Origin: Rhizobiaceae bacterium
Lineage (GTDB): Bacteria > Pseudomonadota > Alphaproteobacteria > Rhizobiales > Rhizobiaceae
Reading direction: 5' to 3'
Assembly: GCA_036478985.1 (NCBI GenBank)
Contig: JAZGEY010000056.1
Coordinates: forward strand, 1,675 to 65,674
Length of the DNA: 64,000 nucleotides
The position numbers were made by a program, and so were the translations under genes. Under the pieces are notes generated by a model. That model had not been told where the DNA came from. It was given only the letters and a program-made list of their open reading frames with translations, and did not search any database. This document shows positions 10,742-20,390 of the stretch, one piece after another; position 1 is the stretch's first letter; each line of letters starts with the position of its first letter.

Positions 10742-11556
10742 GTTCTCACGCTACAACACTTCACGCGCCAGATGATGGCATCGCGTCAGGGGCGGAGTTA
10801 CTCAGTGTTGATAATGTAACCCTGCGGTTTGGCGGAGTAACGGCTATTCAGGATATCTCGTTCAACATCAATAAAGGCGAAATTCGCGCGATTATTGGGC
10901 CGAACGGTGCTGGAAAAACCTCGATGTTGAATGTCATCAACGGGTTTTATCATCCGCAAGAGGGGACAATTCGGTTTCGCGGTGAGACACGTCGCAAGAT
11001 GAAACCCTATGAGGCGGCGGCATCAGGTATCGCGCGGACTTTCCAAAATGTTGCGCTGTTCACGGGTATGTCGACACTAGACAACATTATGTCTGGTCGT
11101 TCGCTGAAGATGAAAAAGAATTTTCTGGCGCAAATGTTTTATTACGGCCCGGCGCGGGATGAGGAAATTGAGCATCGTAAGCGGGTAGAGGAAATTATTG
11201 ATTTCCTTGAAATTCCCCACATCCGCCGTCAGCCAGTTGGGAAGTTACCCTACGGATTGCAAAAGCGTGTCGAACTTGGGCGGGCGCTGGCGATGGAGCC
11301 AGACCTTTTGCTTTTAGACGAGCCAATGGCCGGGATGAACCTTGAAGAAAAAGAAGATATGAGCCGTTTCATTATTGAGGTGAACCAGCAATTTGGAACA
11401 ACGATTGCGCTGATTGAACACGATATGGGTGTCGTGATGGATTTGGCGGATCGGGTGGTTGTTCTCGATTACGGTAAGAAAATTGCTGATGGCACCCCGA
11501 GTGAAGTGCAGTCGAGCCAAGAAGTTATTGATGCATATTTGGGAGTTCCCCACTAA
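10738..11556 (+). CDS. Liv/HAAT-type ABC transporter ATP-binding protein (LivG-like)
   Basis: GPNGAGKT Walker A, RTFQN, LLLLDEP, IEHDM. Confidence 0.92.
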   Translation: MSSHATTLHAPDDGIASGAELLSVDNVTLRFGGVTAIQDISFNINKGEIRAIIGPNGAGKTSMLNVINGFYHPQEGTIRFRGETRRKMKPYEAAASGIARTFQNVALFTGMSTLDNIMSGRSLKMKKNFLAQMFYYGPARDEEIEHRKRVEEIIDFLEIPHIRRQPVGKLPYGLQKRVELGRALAMEPDLLLLDEPMAGMNLEEKEDMSRFIIEVNQQFGTTIALIEHDMGVVMDLADRVVVLDYGKKIADGTPSEVQSSQEVIDAYLGVPH

Positions 11557-11568
11557 TGGAGAAATTTG

Positions 11569-11733
11569 ATGGACTTACTTTCGAGCTATCCACGAGCAGT
11601 TTCGATGTTTCTGTTGGGAGGGGGCATCGCGTTAATAATCGTTCCAAAATGGATACGGTGGGCCATTGCGGTGGTGATGATTGCTATGGGGCTGGGGGAA
11701 TTGTTTCCCGAGCTACTAACGAACGGAACTTAG
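11569..11733 (+). CDS. Small 54-aa membrane protein (not in the ORF track; DUF3096-like pattern)
   Basis: MDLLSSYPRAVSMFLLGGGIALIIVPKWIRWAIAVVMIAMGLGELFPELLTNGT; GGAGA 6 nt upstream; fills the gap exactly, with the stop 1 nt before the next ATG. Confidence 0.7.
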   Translation: MDLLSSYPRAVSMFLLGGGIALIIVPKWIRWAIAVVMIAMGLGELFPELLTNGT

Positions 11734-11734
11734 A

Positions 11735-12691
11735 ATGGATATCCTAAACCAAATATTCATTGAGCCATTTGTTTTAATGGCGGAGATACCTGATTTGTTT
11801 TTACAAACCCTTTGGGAAGGGTTTGTATCCGGTATTTTGTATGCATTGATCGCTCTTGGGTTTGTGTTGATTTATAAGGCATCAGGCGTATTCAACTTTG
11901 CCCAAGGCATCATGGTGGTGTTTTCGGCTCTGGCACTTGTATCTATTCATGCCATGGGGGTTCCAGCGTGGATTGCGCTGTTTATCACCATTGGCATTAT
12001 GGCCTTGCTCGCCATTGGCATCGAAAAAGTGGTGCTGCGAAATTTGGTCAATCAAAACGAGGCTATTCTACTGATGGCCACCATTGGCCTAACGCTCTTT
12101 ATTAAAGGGGCGGGTGAAGCCATTTTTGGCGGCGAGCCAAAATCAATGATTACCGAAGAACTGGGTCTGCCCACAGGGGTAACAGATTGGGAAGTATTTG
12201 GTGGGCGCGTTTCGTTTCAACATTTGGATATTGCAGCCGTTGTTATTGCAGCGCTCATGGTGCTTGGGTTGGCTTTGTTCTTTTCAAAAACACGAATTGG
12301 TCGCGCGCTAAGGGCTGTTGCAGATGATCACCAAGCTGCACTCTCGGTTGGTATCTCGCTTAACCAAATTTGGGCCATCGTGTGGTTTGCCTCAGGCATC
12401 GTTGCTTTGGTCACGGGTATAATGTGGGGCGCTCGCTCGGATGTTTCGTTCGCGCTGGAAGTTATTGCGCTCAAGGCATTGGCGGTTCTCATTCTCGGTG
12501 GATTTACATCAATCCCCGGCGCCATTGTGGGTGGCTTGATAATCGGCATCGGGGAAAAAGTATTTGAAGTTTATTGGGGCGGCTTATTCGGCGGTGGTGT
12601 CGAAGCTTGGTTCGCCTATGTGTTAGCCCTCATATTCCTACTGTTCAGACCACAAGGTTTGTTCGGCGAAAAAATCATCGAGCGGGTGTAG
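11735..12691 (+). CDS. Liv-type ABC permease (LivH-like)
   Basis: YALIALGFVLIYKASGVFNFAQG, GRALRAVADD, LILGGF motifs. Confidence 0.92.
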   Translation: MDILNQIFIEPFVLMAEIPDLFLQTLWEGFVSGILYALIALGFVLIYKASGVFNFAQGIMVVFSALALVSIHAMGVPAWIALFITIGIMALLAIGIEKVVLRNLVNQNEAILLMATIGLTLFIKGAGEAIFGGEPKSMITEELGLPTGVTDWEVFGGRVSFQHLDIAAVVIAALMVLGLALFFSKTRIGRALRAVADDHQAALSVGISLNQIWAIVWFASGIVALVTGIMWGARSDVSFALEVIALKALAVLILGGFTSIPGAIVGGLIIGIGEKVFEVYWGGLFGGGVEAWFAYVLALIFLLFRPQGLFGEKIIERV

Positions 12692-12696
12692 TTACG

Positions 12697-13242
12697 ATGG
12701 TTGAGACACTCACAAAACTTGGTACTTGGACGAATGTGTTTGGTCGCCGATCTAAGCTTGTGAATGAAATCGCGGACGATCTGCGGGCGCTTATTATTGG
12801 TCTGCATCCCGACACTGTTGAAGTGCCGCGAAAAAATGACAAATCTGTTTCTTTTGGCTTTGGCGAGAAGAAAATGAGCGAAGCATATTGTTACCTCATG
12901 CCACAAACGGGATATGTGAATTTAGGAGTGTATTGGGGGGCAGAAATTGATGACCCCAACAGCCTTCTTGAGGGGACGGGGAAAAAATTACGCCATGTGA
13001 AAGTACGCGATACAGAAACCGCGTTAAGCGCAAAAATTGCTCACCTCGTTTACATGGCCATGGAAGAGCGCAAGGCCAGTTTAGATAAATCTGAAAAAGA
13101 AAAAGCTAAAACTGCCAAGGCCAAAAAGAAACCAACAGCGAAGAAAACGCCTGGTGTAAAGAAGGCTGTTGCGAGCAAAAAACCTGCGGCAAAGAAAAAG
13201 CCCGCGGTGAAACGCAAAACGACGAAGAAGGAAAAGACTTAA
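12697..13242 (+). CDS. DUF1801/YdhG-like domain protein with Lys/Ala-rich C-terminal tail
   Basis: VNLG..GA.IDDP..LLEGTGKKLRHVK signature; ATG 12697 follows the permease stop; tail KKPAAKKKPAVKRK. Confidence 0.75.
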   Translation: MVETLTKLGTWTNVFGRRSKLVNEIADDLRALIIGLHPDTVEVPRKNDKSVSFGFGEKKMSEAYCYLMPQTGYVNLGVYWGAEIDDPNSLLEGTGKKLRHVKVRDTETALSAKIAHLVYMAMEERKASLDKSEKEKAKTAKAKKKPTAKKTPGVKKAVASKKPAAKKKPAVKRKTTKKEKT

Positions 13243-14321
13243 TGTTTTATCGCGAAGCGGGGCAGTTCAAGACCTCCTATAAGGCCGATCAAGCGATCTT
13301 CCCGATACTCCAAGACCGTATTGGCCTTGGGTTGATTGTGGCTGTTGCAGCCATTGTTATTCCATTCTTTGCCAATGATTTCTTTTTGAATTCGATCATG
13401 ATCCCGTTTTTGATTTTTTCTCTAGCGGCAATTGGTTTGAATATACTGACAGGTTATTGCGGCCAGCTTTCGCTAGGCACGGGGGCTTTTATGGGAGTGG
13501 GGGCTTATTCTTGCTATAAGCTGACTACTATTTTTCCTGATGTGAATATTATAATTCATTTCTTATTGTCGGGCTTTTTTGCTGCTGGCGTTGGCGTAAT
13601 ATTTGGCTTGCCATCTTTACGGATCAAAGGTTTGTATTTGGCGATCACCACACTTGCGGCGCAGTTCTTTCTTGAGTGGTGCTTTATTCGCATCCCTTGG
13701 CTTTATAATTACAATGATTCAGGTGCAATTGATTCAACGACACGCAAACTATTTGGCCTTACAATTGTTGGTGCGACCGCCGAGCCAGTGACAAAATACT
13801 TTGTTGTCTTGGCTGTCGTTGTGCTGATCACATGGATTTCCTCAAACCTCATTCGCGGCCGAATTGGTCGTTCTTGGATGATGATCCGTGACATGGACAT
13901 TGCGGCGGAGTTGATGGGTATTAAACCACTCAATGCAAAACTATCAGCCTTCGCAGTTTCATCTTACATCTGTGGTGTTGCCGGGGCGCTTATGGTGTTC
14001 ATGTGGCTGGGTTCCGCAGAAGTTGAGAGCTTCAATATTAACGTCTCATTTCAAATATTATTCATGGTAATTATTGGTGGCATGGGGAGCCTTATTGGCT
14101 GCTTCATGGGGGCGGCGTTTATATTCGTTTTGCCAATCGTTATGCGCTCCATTCCTGATCTCACGGGTATCGCCATTAGCGCGGCCATGTTGGAACACGT
14201 GACAACGATGCTCACTGGTGCATTGATCATATTCTTCTTGATTGTAGAACCCCATGGCCTCGCGCGGCTTTGGCAGATTGGTAAAGAGAAATTACGCAAC
14301 TGGCCGTTTCCATACGGCTAG
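13242..14321 (+). CDS. Liv-type ABC permease (LivM-like)
   Basis: GLNILTGYCGQLSLG, LRIKGLYLAITTLA, IIGGMGS. Confidence 0.92.
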   Translation: MFYREAGQFKTSYKADQAIFPILQDRIGLGLIVAVAAIVIPFFANDFFLNSIMIPFLIFSLAAIGLNILTGYCGQLSLGTGAFMGVGAYSCYKLTTIFPDVNIIIHFLLSGFFAAGVGVIFGLPSLRIKGLYLAITTLAAQFFLEWCFIRIPWLYNYNDSGAIDSTTRKLFGLTIVGATAEPVTKYFVVLAVVVLITWISSNLIRGRIGRSWMMIRDMDIAAELMGIKPLNAKLSAFAVSSYICGVAGALMVFMWLGSAEVESFNINVSFQILFMVIIGGMGSLIGCFMGAAFIFVLPIVMRSIPDLTGIAISAAMLEHVTTMLTGALIIFFLIVEPHGLARLWQIGKEKLRNWPFPYG

Positions 14322-14448
14322 GGCTAGACAAATTGGTGTTCTGCTGTTGCAGTGGAGCACTTAGAGGGGGGACGAGACGAAACCGCGTTCCATCCGAATA
14401 ATATGGTTTCAATGGGGTGCCGAAAGGTGCCAAAACAGGAGGAAGACA

Positions 14449-15747
14449 ATGAGACTTAAATCACTCATTCTTGGTGTTGCAGCTACGGCAATTGCAGTAA
14501 CGGGCACCATCACTACCGCGCAAGCGGAAGAGCTATATATTCCATCACTTAGCTATCGTACTGGCCCGTATGCGGGTGGTGGTACACCATTTGCAAACGG
14601 CTTTGCGGATTACTTGAACATGCTGAACGCCCGTGATGGCGGCATCGGCGGAATCAAGATCAAAGTTGAAGAATGCGAAACAGGCTACAGCGCGCAAAAA
14701 GGCGTTGAGTGCTATGAAGCAACAAAGGGCAAAGGCGCACTTGTTTATAACCCGCTTTCAACCGGTATTACGCTTCAACTCATTCCAAAAGCACCCGTTG
14801 ATAAAATCCCTGTACTATCCATGGGCTACGGCCTTTCAGCCGCTGGCGTTGGTAAAACATTCCCTTGGACTTTCACATATCCAACTGGATATTGGAGCCA
14901 AATGTCATCAATACTTAAGTTCATCGATAGCAACGGTGGATTGAAGGGCAAGAAAATTGGTTTCCTTTATCTAGATGCTGGTTATGGCCGTGAGCCTATC
15001 CCATTACTTGAGAAACTCGCACCGAAGCTTGGCTTTGAGTGGGTTGGTTTTCCTGTTGCAGGTAAAGACATGCAGAACCAAGGTTCTCAGTGGTTGAACG
15101 TTCGTAAGGAACGTCCTGACTGGATGATCATGTGGGGCTGGGGTGCGATGAACTCTACCGCCATTAAAGAAGCCGCAAAAATCCGTTTCCCAATGGATAA
15201 GTTTATCGGCAACTGGTGGTCTGGCGCTCATGCTGATCTTGATGCTGTTGGTAAGCTTGGTAAAGGTTATCTCTCCGCAAACTTCACTGGTATCGGTACT
15301 AGCTACCCTGCTTTGCAAGACGTGAAGAAACTTGTTGTTGATGCTGGTAAGAGCCAAGTTGACCCAGCTAAAGTTGGAGACGTTCTCTACAACCGCGGCT
15401 TGTTCAATGCTGTTCTTGTGGCTGAAGCCATAGCAACTGCGCAGAAAATGACTGGCAAGAAAGCAATTACAGGCGAAGACATGCGTGCTGGGTTTGAGAA
15501 TTTCAACCTCTCCGCACAACGTCTAAAAGAGCTTGGCTTGGAAAACTTCACGGGCCCAATCAAAGGCGATTGTTCTGACCACGAAGGTGGCGGCTCAGTG
15601 TTTATCCAACAATGGCAAGGTGATGACTGGGCGCGGGTGAGTGATCTTATCCCGCCAATGACAGACATCGTTCGTCCTTTGCTTGAAGAAGCTGCTGCGA
15701 AGTACACTTCTGATAAGCCAGACTGGAAAACCCAAACTTGTGGGTAA
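14449..15747 (+). CDS. ABC substrate-binding protein (Liv/periplasmic binding protein type 1)
   Basis: Signal peptide, YRTGPYA, RDGGIGG, ECETGY..KGVECYE; strong AGGAGG RBS. Confidence 0.9.
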   Translation: MRLKSLILGVAATAIAVTGTITTAQAEELYIPSLSYRTGPYAGGGTPFANGFADYLNMLNARDGGIGGIKIKVEECETGYSAQKGVECYEATKGKGALVYNPLSTGITLQLIPKAPVDKIPVLSMGYGLSAAGVGKTFPWTFTYPTGYWSQMSSILKFIDSNGGLKGKKIGFLYLDAGYGREPIPLLEKLAPKLGFEWVGFPVAGKDMQNQGSQWLNVRKERPDWMIMWGWGAMNSTAIKEAAKIRFPMDKFIGNWWSGAHADLDAVGKLGKGYLSANFTGIGTSYPALQDVKKLVVDAGKSQVDPAKVGDVLYNRGLFNAVLVAEAIATAQKMTGKKAITGEDMRAGFENFNLSAQRLKELGLENFTGPIKGDCSDHEGGGSVFIQQWQGDDWARVSDLIPPMTDIVRPLLEEAAAKYTSDKPDWKTQTCG

Positions 15748-15764
15748 TGCCTAACTAATAAATT

Positions 15765-15800
15765 GTGGGCCAGAGACTCTTCTGGCCCACTTTTCTTTTC
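15765..15800 (+). terminator. Rho-independent terminator/attenuator after the substrate-binding protein gene
   Basis: GTGGGCCAGA-GACTCT-TCTGGCCCAC followed by TTTTCTTTTC. Confidence 0.8.
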
Positions 15801-15818
15801 TAATTTTATGAGATAGCC

Positions 15819-16649
15819 ATGAGCACCGCAGCTGAAATTGACCCTGCAGATACCATACTTGAAATCAACAATATCGAAGTGATCTACGATCACGTGATCC
15901 TTGTGTTAAAGGGCGTGTCATTGACAGTCCCACGCGGCGGTATCGTTGCTATTCTCGGCGCTAATGGTGCTGGTAAGACTACAACGCTGAAAGCGATTTC
16001 TAACCTATTGGGTGCAGAGCGCGGTGTTGTGACGAAGGGCAACATTCTTTTAAACGGGCAAGAAATTCAATCCCTTTCTCCCAATGAATTGGTGCGACGT
16101 GGCTGTATTCAAGTGATGGAAGGGCGCCATATTTTTGGCCACCTCTCGATTGAAGAAAATCTCCTAACGGGGGCCTTTACTCGTAAGGATGGAGCGGCCG
16201 CCATCAAAGCTGACCTAGAGATGGTCTATAATTATTTTCCTCGCTTGCGCGAGCGACGGACTTCACAGGCTGGATATACGTCTGGCGGAGAACAACAAAT
16301 GTGTGCAATTGGTCGCGCACTAATGTCTAAACCCGAAATGATTTTGTTGGACGAGCCAAGCATGGGGCTTGCGCCGCAATTGGTCGAAGAGATATTTGAA
16401 ATCGTTAAAGAGCTGAATACCAAGGAAGGTGTTTCATTCCTTTTAGCCGAGCAGAATACGAACATTGCTCTTCGGTATGCGACCTACGGTTATATTTTGG
16501 AATCTGGCCGTGTTGTGCTGGATGGGAAGGGATCCGAGCTTCGTGAAAATGAAGACGTAAAAGAATTTTATCTCGGCGCTGGCGGCGAAGGTCGCAAAAA
16601 CTTCCGTAATGTTAAGCAATATAAACGCCGTAAAAGATGGCTCGCTTAA
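15819..16649 (+). CDS. Liv-type ABC ATP-binding protein (LivF-like)
   Basis: GANGAGKT, SGGEQQM, LLDEPSMGLAP, AEQN. Confidence 0.92.
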   Translation: MSTAAEIDPADTILEINNIEVIYDHVILVLKGVSLTVPRGGIVAILGANGAGKTTTLKAISNLLGAERGVVTKGNILLNGQEIQSLSPNELVRRGCIQVMEGRHIFGHLSIEENLLTGAFTRKDGAAAIKADLEMVYNYFPRLRERRTSQAGYTSGGEQQMCAIGRALMSKPEMILLDEPSMGLAPQLVEEIFEIVKELNTKEGVSFLLAEQNTNIALRYATYGYILESGRVVLDGKGSELRENEDVKEFYLGAGGEGRKNFRNVKQYKRRKRWLA

Positions 16650-17347
16650 GGGCGAATATCTTTTACAATTCGGCCGTCTTCAAGGGTTATGATGCGATCT
16701 GCTAACCCCAATATTCGATCGTCGTGAGTAACGAGAATAGTAGTGGTTCCTCGTTGTTTGCCTAAGTCTTTCAACATTTGAACAACATTTAATCCGCTTT
16801 CTTTATCAAGGGCAGCGGTAGGCTCGTCGGCAAATACAATCTCTGGATTATCAACAAGCGCGCGAGCAACAGCGACCCGTTGCTTTTGTCCGCCAGATAG
16901 ATTTTCTGGTAGGTAATCCATCCGATCGCCTAAGCCAACAAGCTTAAGCATATGGTGGGCTGCTTCGAGGTAGGCTTTTTGGTTTCTGGTTTGACCGTGT
17001 ACCTGCAATCCCATCATGACATTTTGGGTTGCGGTTAAACTCTTATGTAAGTTGTGAGCTTGGAAAATAAATCCAATTTTACGGCGCAGTGCGACGTTCA
17101 AATTTTCGCTTGAACCATGCAGCTCGTTTCCGAGTAATTCCACAGAGCCATCTTGAACATCGCGCAGGCAACCCATCAAAGTAAGGACTGTCGTTTTGCC
17201 AGAACCTGATGGCCCCATGAGTACGGTTATGCTGCCTTTTTCAATTGTAAGATCGACATCATATAGGGCTTGCTTACGGGCTTCGCCGCTTCCAAACCAG
17301 TGGTTTAGGTTTTTTATAACCACAGGGGATGAGAGAGGGTTTTTCAT
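16646..17347 (-). CDS. DevA-family ABC exporter ATP-binding protein
   Basis: GPSGSGKT, IFQAHNL, LSGGQKQRVA, ADEPTAALD, VTHD. Confidence 0.88.
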   Translation of the reverse strand: MKNPLSSPVVIKNLNHWFGSGEARKQALYDVDLTIEKGSITVLMGPSGSGKTTVLTLMGCLRDVQDGSVELLGNELHGSSENLNVALRRKIGFIFQAHNLHKSLTATQNVMMGLQVHGQTRNQKAYLEAAHHMLKLVGLGDRMDYLPENLSGGQKQRVAVARALVDNPEIVFADEPTAALDKESGLNVVQMLKDLGKQRGTTTILVTHDDRILGLADRIITLEDGRIVKDIRP

Positions 17348-17359
17348 TGCCTGCTTTCT

Positions 17360-18532
17360 TTAGAATAAATCTGCTGGGTCAGCGCCTACCAACCTACGGG
17401 TTGCGATTGCCCCAGAAATTGAGCATGCGGCGAGGGTTCCAAAAAAGACCATTAGCGCTGTTGCTATAGTCATCTGTAATGGAAGGAATGTCATCGCTGC
17501 CAAAAATTTATACATAGCCATGGATATGAGAATTCCGGGCCCGAAGCCAAGAACTGCGAGAATAATGGCCTCTTCAAATACCACGCTTAAGAAAAAAGAC
17601 TGACCGTAGCCCATGGCCTTAAATGTTGCATATTCGCTCAGGTGATCTGCAACGTCGGTTGAGAGAACTTGATAGACGATTACAATCCCGACCAATACAC
17701 CGATGACAACGCCAAAACCAAATATCAAACCGACAGGCTTTTGCGTCATTTGATATTTTTGATCCTCTCTGGCCGCGTCCATGAATGAGCGTATTCTCAA
17801 TTGATCGACTGGTAGAACTGTTTTCAGCTTTGTTACAACTTCTGCGACAGAGGCGTTTGGCGCTACCTTTAGCAAGATGTGATTTGGTGCGCCAGATTTC
17901 CGTTTTCCAAATAGGCGCAAGAAAGTTTGGTCGGAAACAAACATATAACCATCCGCCGCAAAACCAGCACCACCTTCAAAGGTTTGGGTTACAGTTAAAG
18001 TGCGGCCAGCAGTTTCAAACCGGTAGGGCGAATGGGGTCTGATGCCTGCAGCAACTTCTGGCGTAAGACCTCGCGCTTTTCTGTCCATTACGGCTGTATC
18101 TAGCAAGGTGAGGTTGGTTACTGTCTTCGCGATTGAGGGGGCTAAAAAATCTACGCGTATGGGGTCGACACCAAATGTTTGCAAGGCCGTATCGCCGGTT
18201 GGGCTGGACCACATTGCGATGCCTACAAACAGAGGCGCTCCCGAAATCACCTCGTCAAAGGATAGAGCTTGGAACATCCATTGGCGCGCTACGTTGCCGC
18301 CTTCCGTCATGGTGTTCGCATCGGTCGCGGAGATCATGATGTCTGCGTCAAAAACATTGTAGGATTTAATGATTGAGGCATTCATACTGCCCAATAGTCC
18401 AAGTTGAACAAACACCAAAATGTTCGCGAATGACACACCGGCAATGGCCGCTGCCAAGCGGGTTTTACTATAGCTTAATTGCAACCAGCCGATGGGCAAG
18501 CGGCCCATAATGCTTTGGAGAAACGCGGTCAT
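17360..18532 (-). CDS. DevC-family ABC permease (FtsX-like)
   Basis: WLQL...RLAAAIAGVSFANILVFVQLG, IVYQVLSTDVADHLSEYATFKAMGY, ADPADLF C-terminus. Confidence 0.88.
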   Translation of the reverse strand: MTAFLQSIMGRLPIGWLQLSYSKTRLAAAIAGVSFANILVFVQLGLLGSMNASIIKSYNVFDADIMISATDANTMTEGGNVARQWMFQALSFDEVISGAPLFVGIAMWSSPTGDTALQTFGVDPIRVDFLAPSIAKTVTNLTLLDTAVMDRKARGLTPEVAAGIRPHSPYRFETAGRTLTVTQTFEGGAGFAADGYMFVSDQTFLRLFGKRKSGAPNHILLKVAPNASVAEVVTKLKTVLPVDQLRIRSFMDAAREDQKYQMTQKPVGLIFGFGVVIGVLVGIVIVYQVLSTDVADHLSEYATFKAMGYGQSFFLSVVFEEAIILAVLGFGPGILISMAMYKFLAAMTFLPLQMTIATALMVFFGTLAACSISGAIATRRLVGADPADLF

Positions 18533-19749
18533 TTTGTTGTTCGCGTGTCTATACGGGCTACCACCTCGAGGTTGGTGTAGCGGGAGGCAATGAGTGATGA
18601 CTCTTCACTTAGCTCTACAAGGACTTTAACGACCCTAGCATCTGTGTTGGCTGCGGTATCATCTGAGATTATGGTTTGCCGCCCGACCTGAAGGCCAATT
18701 TCTGAAACCTTGCCGGTGAGTGTTTTTTTCAAAGCGGTAGCGATAATCTCGACGGGTTGGCCTTCTACAACTTGGCCAATTACATTTTGGTAGACATCAA
18801 CTTCTGCCATCATTTGATTGATGTTGCCAATTTCCATGAGCCCTTTTGCTGTTGGTTTTTCACCTGGTTGGGCATGGATAACAAGGATGGTACCGGCAAT
18901 GGGAGTGCGCACAAAGGCTTTTTCTAAGTCTCGTTGGGTGCGCTGCAATTCGATTTTTGCTGCTTCGAGATTACGCAATGCCACAACCACATCTGGTTGC
19001 TTGTCTGGGTCTATGCTGCTGAATCTGTTTAGGGTAGCTGTTGCACGTTTAACGGCTAGATCAGCTTGTTGGCTTGTGGATTGCGCTGCATCCAAAACGG
19101 CTTTTGTAACAACCTTGCGTTTGTATAGAGAGCGTTTTCTGGTGAACTCTAACTTCGCAACCTTAGCTGCGGCTTTCGATTGATCTAGGGCAGCATCCGC
19201 CTCTTTGCGGCTGGTGAGTATGGATTGGCGTGTCTGAACTAGGTTGGCCTCGCGGACGTTAACGTTAGCGCGAGCGGTAAGAATGATGCTTTCAAACTGA
19301 CTCATATTATCGAGGACAGCAACGGAGTCGTTTTGTGCAATCGTATCTCCGACTTTGACTAGGATTTTACTTACCCGTGCATCGCCCGACCCAAACGGAG
19401 GAGCCACCGTAGAAACGTCACCTTTTGGGAGCAGGCGCGCAAGGCCAACAACATCAGTAGGAATGAGTGTGGCTACAACTTCGTCGGGAAGCGAAATTTC
19501 GGGAGGCAAAGCAATGGGAGTTTTTGAACCAGCACCTGGTTGCAATCCAGTAACTTGGAAAAATTTTTGTAAGGCAGGTGGTTGGAAGTACATTCCAATG
19601 ACAGCTCCAGAGAAAAGAAACAGCATCAAAAATGGGAGCCAGAAAAGCCGTGACCATTTTGCCCCTTGCTGTTGGAAAGCGCTTGAGGAATTTTCGTGAT
19701 CAATCACCTCCATCGGAAGGCTGGGGTTTTCTATATTGTTTGCGGTCAC
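18529..19749 (-). CDS. DevB/HlyD-family membrane fusion protein
   Basis: N-terminal TM, GLARLLP, coiled coil, TPIAGT, DARVVKV..L, TNLEV. Confidence 0.85.
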   Translation of the reverse strand: MTANNIENPSLPMEVIDHENSSSAFQQQGAKWSRLFWLPFLMLFLFSGAVIGMYFQPPALQKFFQVTGLQPGAGSKTPIALPPEISLPDEVVATLIPTDVVGLARLLPKGDVSTVAPPFGSGDARVSKILVKVGDTIAQNDSVAVLDNMSQFESIILTARANVNVREANLVQTRQSILTSRKEADAALDQSKAAAKVAKLEFTRKRSLYKRKVVTKAVLDAAQSTSQQADLAVKRATATLNRFSSIDPDKQPDVVVALRNLEAAKIELQRTQRDLEKAFVRTPIAGTILVIHAQPGEKPTAKGLMEIGNINQMMAEVDVYQNVIGQVVEGQPVEIIATALKKTLTGKVSEIGLQVGRQTIISDDTAANTDARVVKVLVELSEESSLIASRYTNLEVVARIDTRTTK

Positions 19750-19898
19750 AGTGATGTCCTCGAATGTGTCCTAAAGGCCTGTAATTCTAGTATATGGTTT
19801 GTTCCGGTATTTTACGAATGAAACTTATGTAAGAATTGAGGGCAACATGTCGCAGTCAGTTTGTTGCCAAATAGTGAAAGATTATTGTTGGTGAATGG

Positions 19899-20390
19899 AT
19901 GCGGGATGCCTATATTTCCAGTATGAAAAATCAATTTAGATACTCGCAAAATTCATTTAAACGATCAGTTTGGACTGCCTTGGGGCTGACGATAATTGTG
20001 TCATTCCTTGTCTGGTTATTTTCACGTCTATTCGGATTCCGCCATGCTGATATTATCACTCTCATTTCGGGCGGATTGTTTTTTAGTTTCTGTTCGTTAG
20101 CGATGATTTGGCGATATTTGCGCAAGGAAGTGGTGGTGGCGGTTCGCCCTGATGGCCTCTTCGATGCGCGTTATTCTTCGCAAGCCGTGCCTTGGGATGA
20201 AATAAAAGATGTGCGCTTAACGAGGGCTGAAAATGACTTTGAGTTGGGTGTCTATTTGTGGCCTGACAAAGTCTCTGTGTCTAAAGATGGCCCAGAGTTT
20301 TTAATGGATTTAGCGCCCCTTGATGGTGGTGTGGAACAGGTGCTGGAAGCATTGTCGGCATACAAACAGATCACCATGGAAGAACGGTAA
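19899..20390 (+). CDS. Hypothetical membrane protein (2 TM plus small soluble domain)
   Basis: Two hydrophobic helices then DGLFD..VPWDEI; stop overlaps the next ATG. Confidence 0.7.
   Translation: MRDAYISSMKNQFRYSQNSFKRSVWTALGLTIIVSFLVWLFSRLFGFRHADIITLISGGLFFSFCSLAMIWRYLRKEVVVAVRPDGLFDARYSSQAVPWDEIKDVRLTRAENDFELGVYLWPDKVSVSKDGPEFLMDLAPLDGGVEQVLEALSAYKQITMEER

Noticed and set aside
11556-11747. 63-aa ORF from the track (MEKFDGL...)
   Set aside because: Featureless composition and overlap with the permease start; the alternative frame 11569-11733 has an RBS and a membrane-protein pattern
14335-14432. Hairpins between the livM-like and substrate-binding protein genes (incl. GGTGCC-GAAA-GGTGCC)
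   Set aside because: No riboswitch consensus recognised; probably mRNA-processing or stability structures
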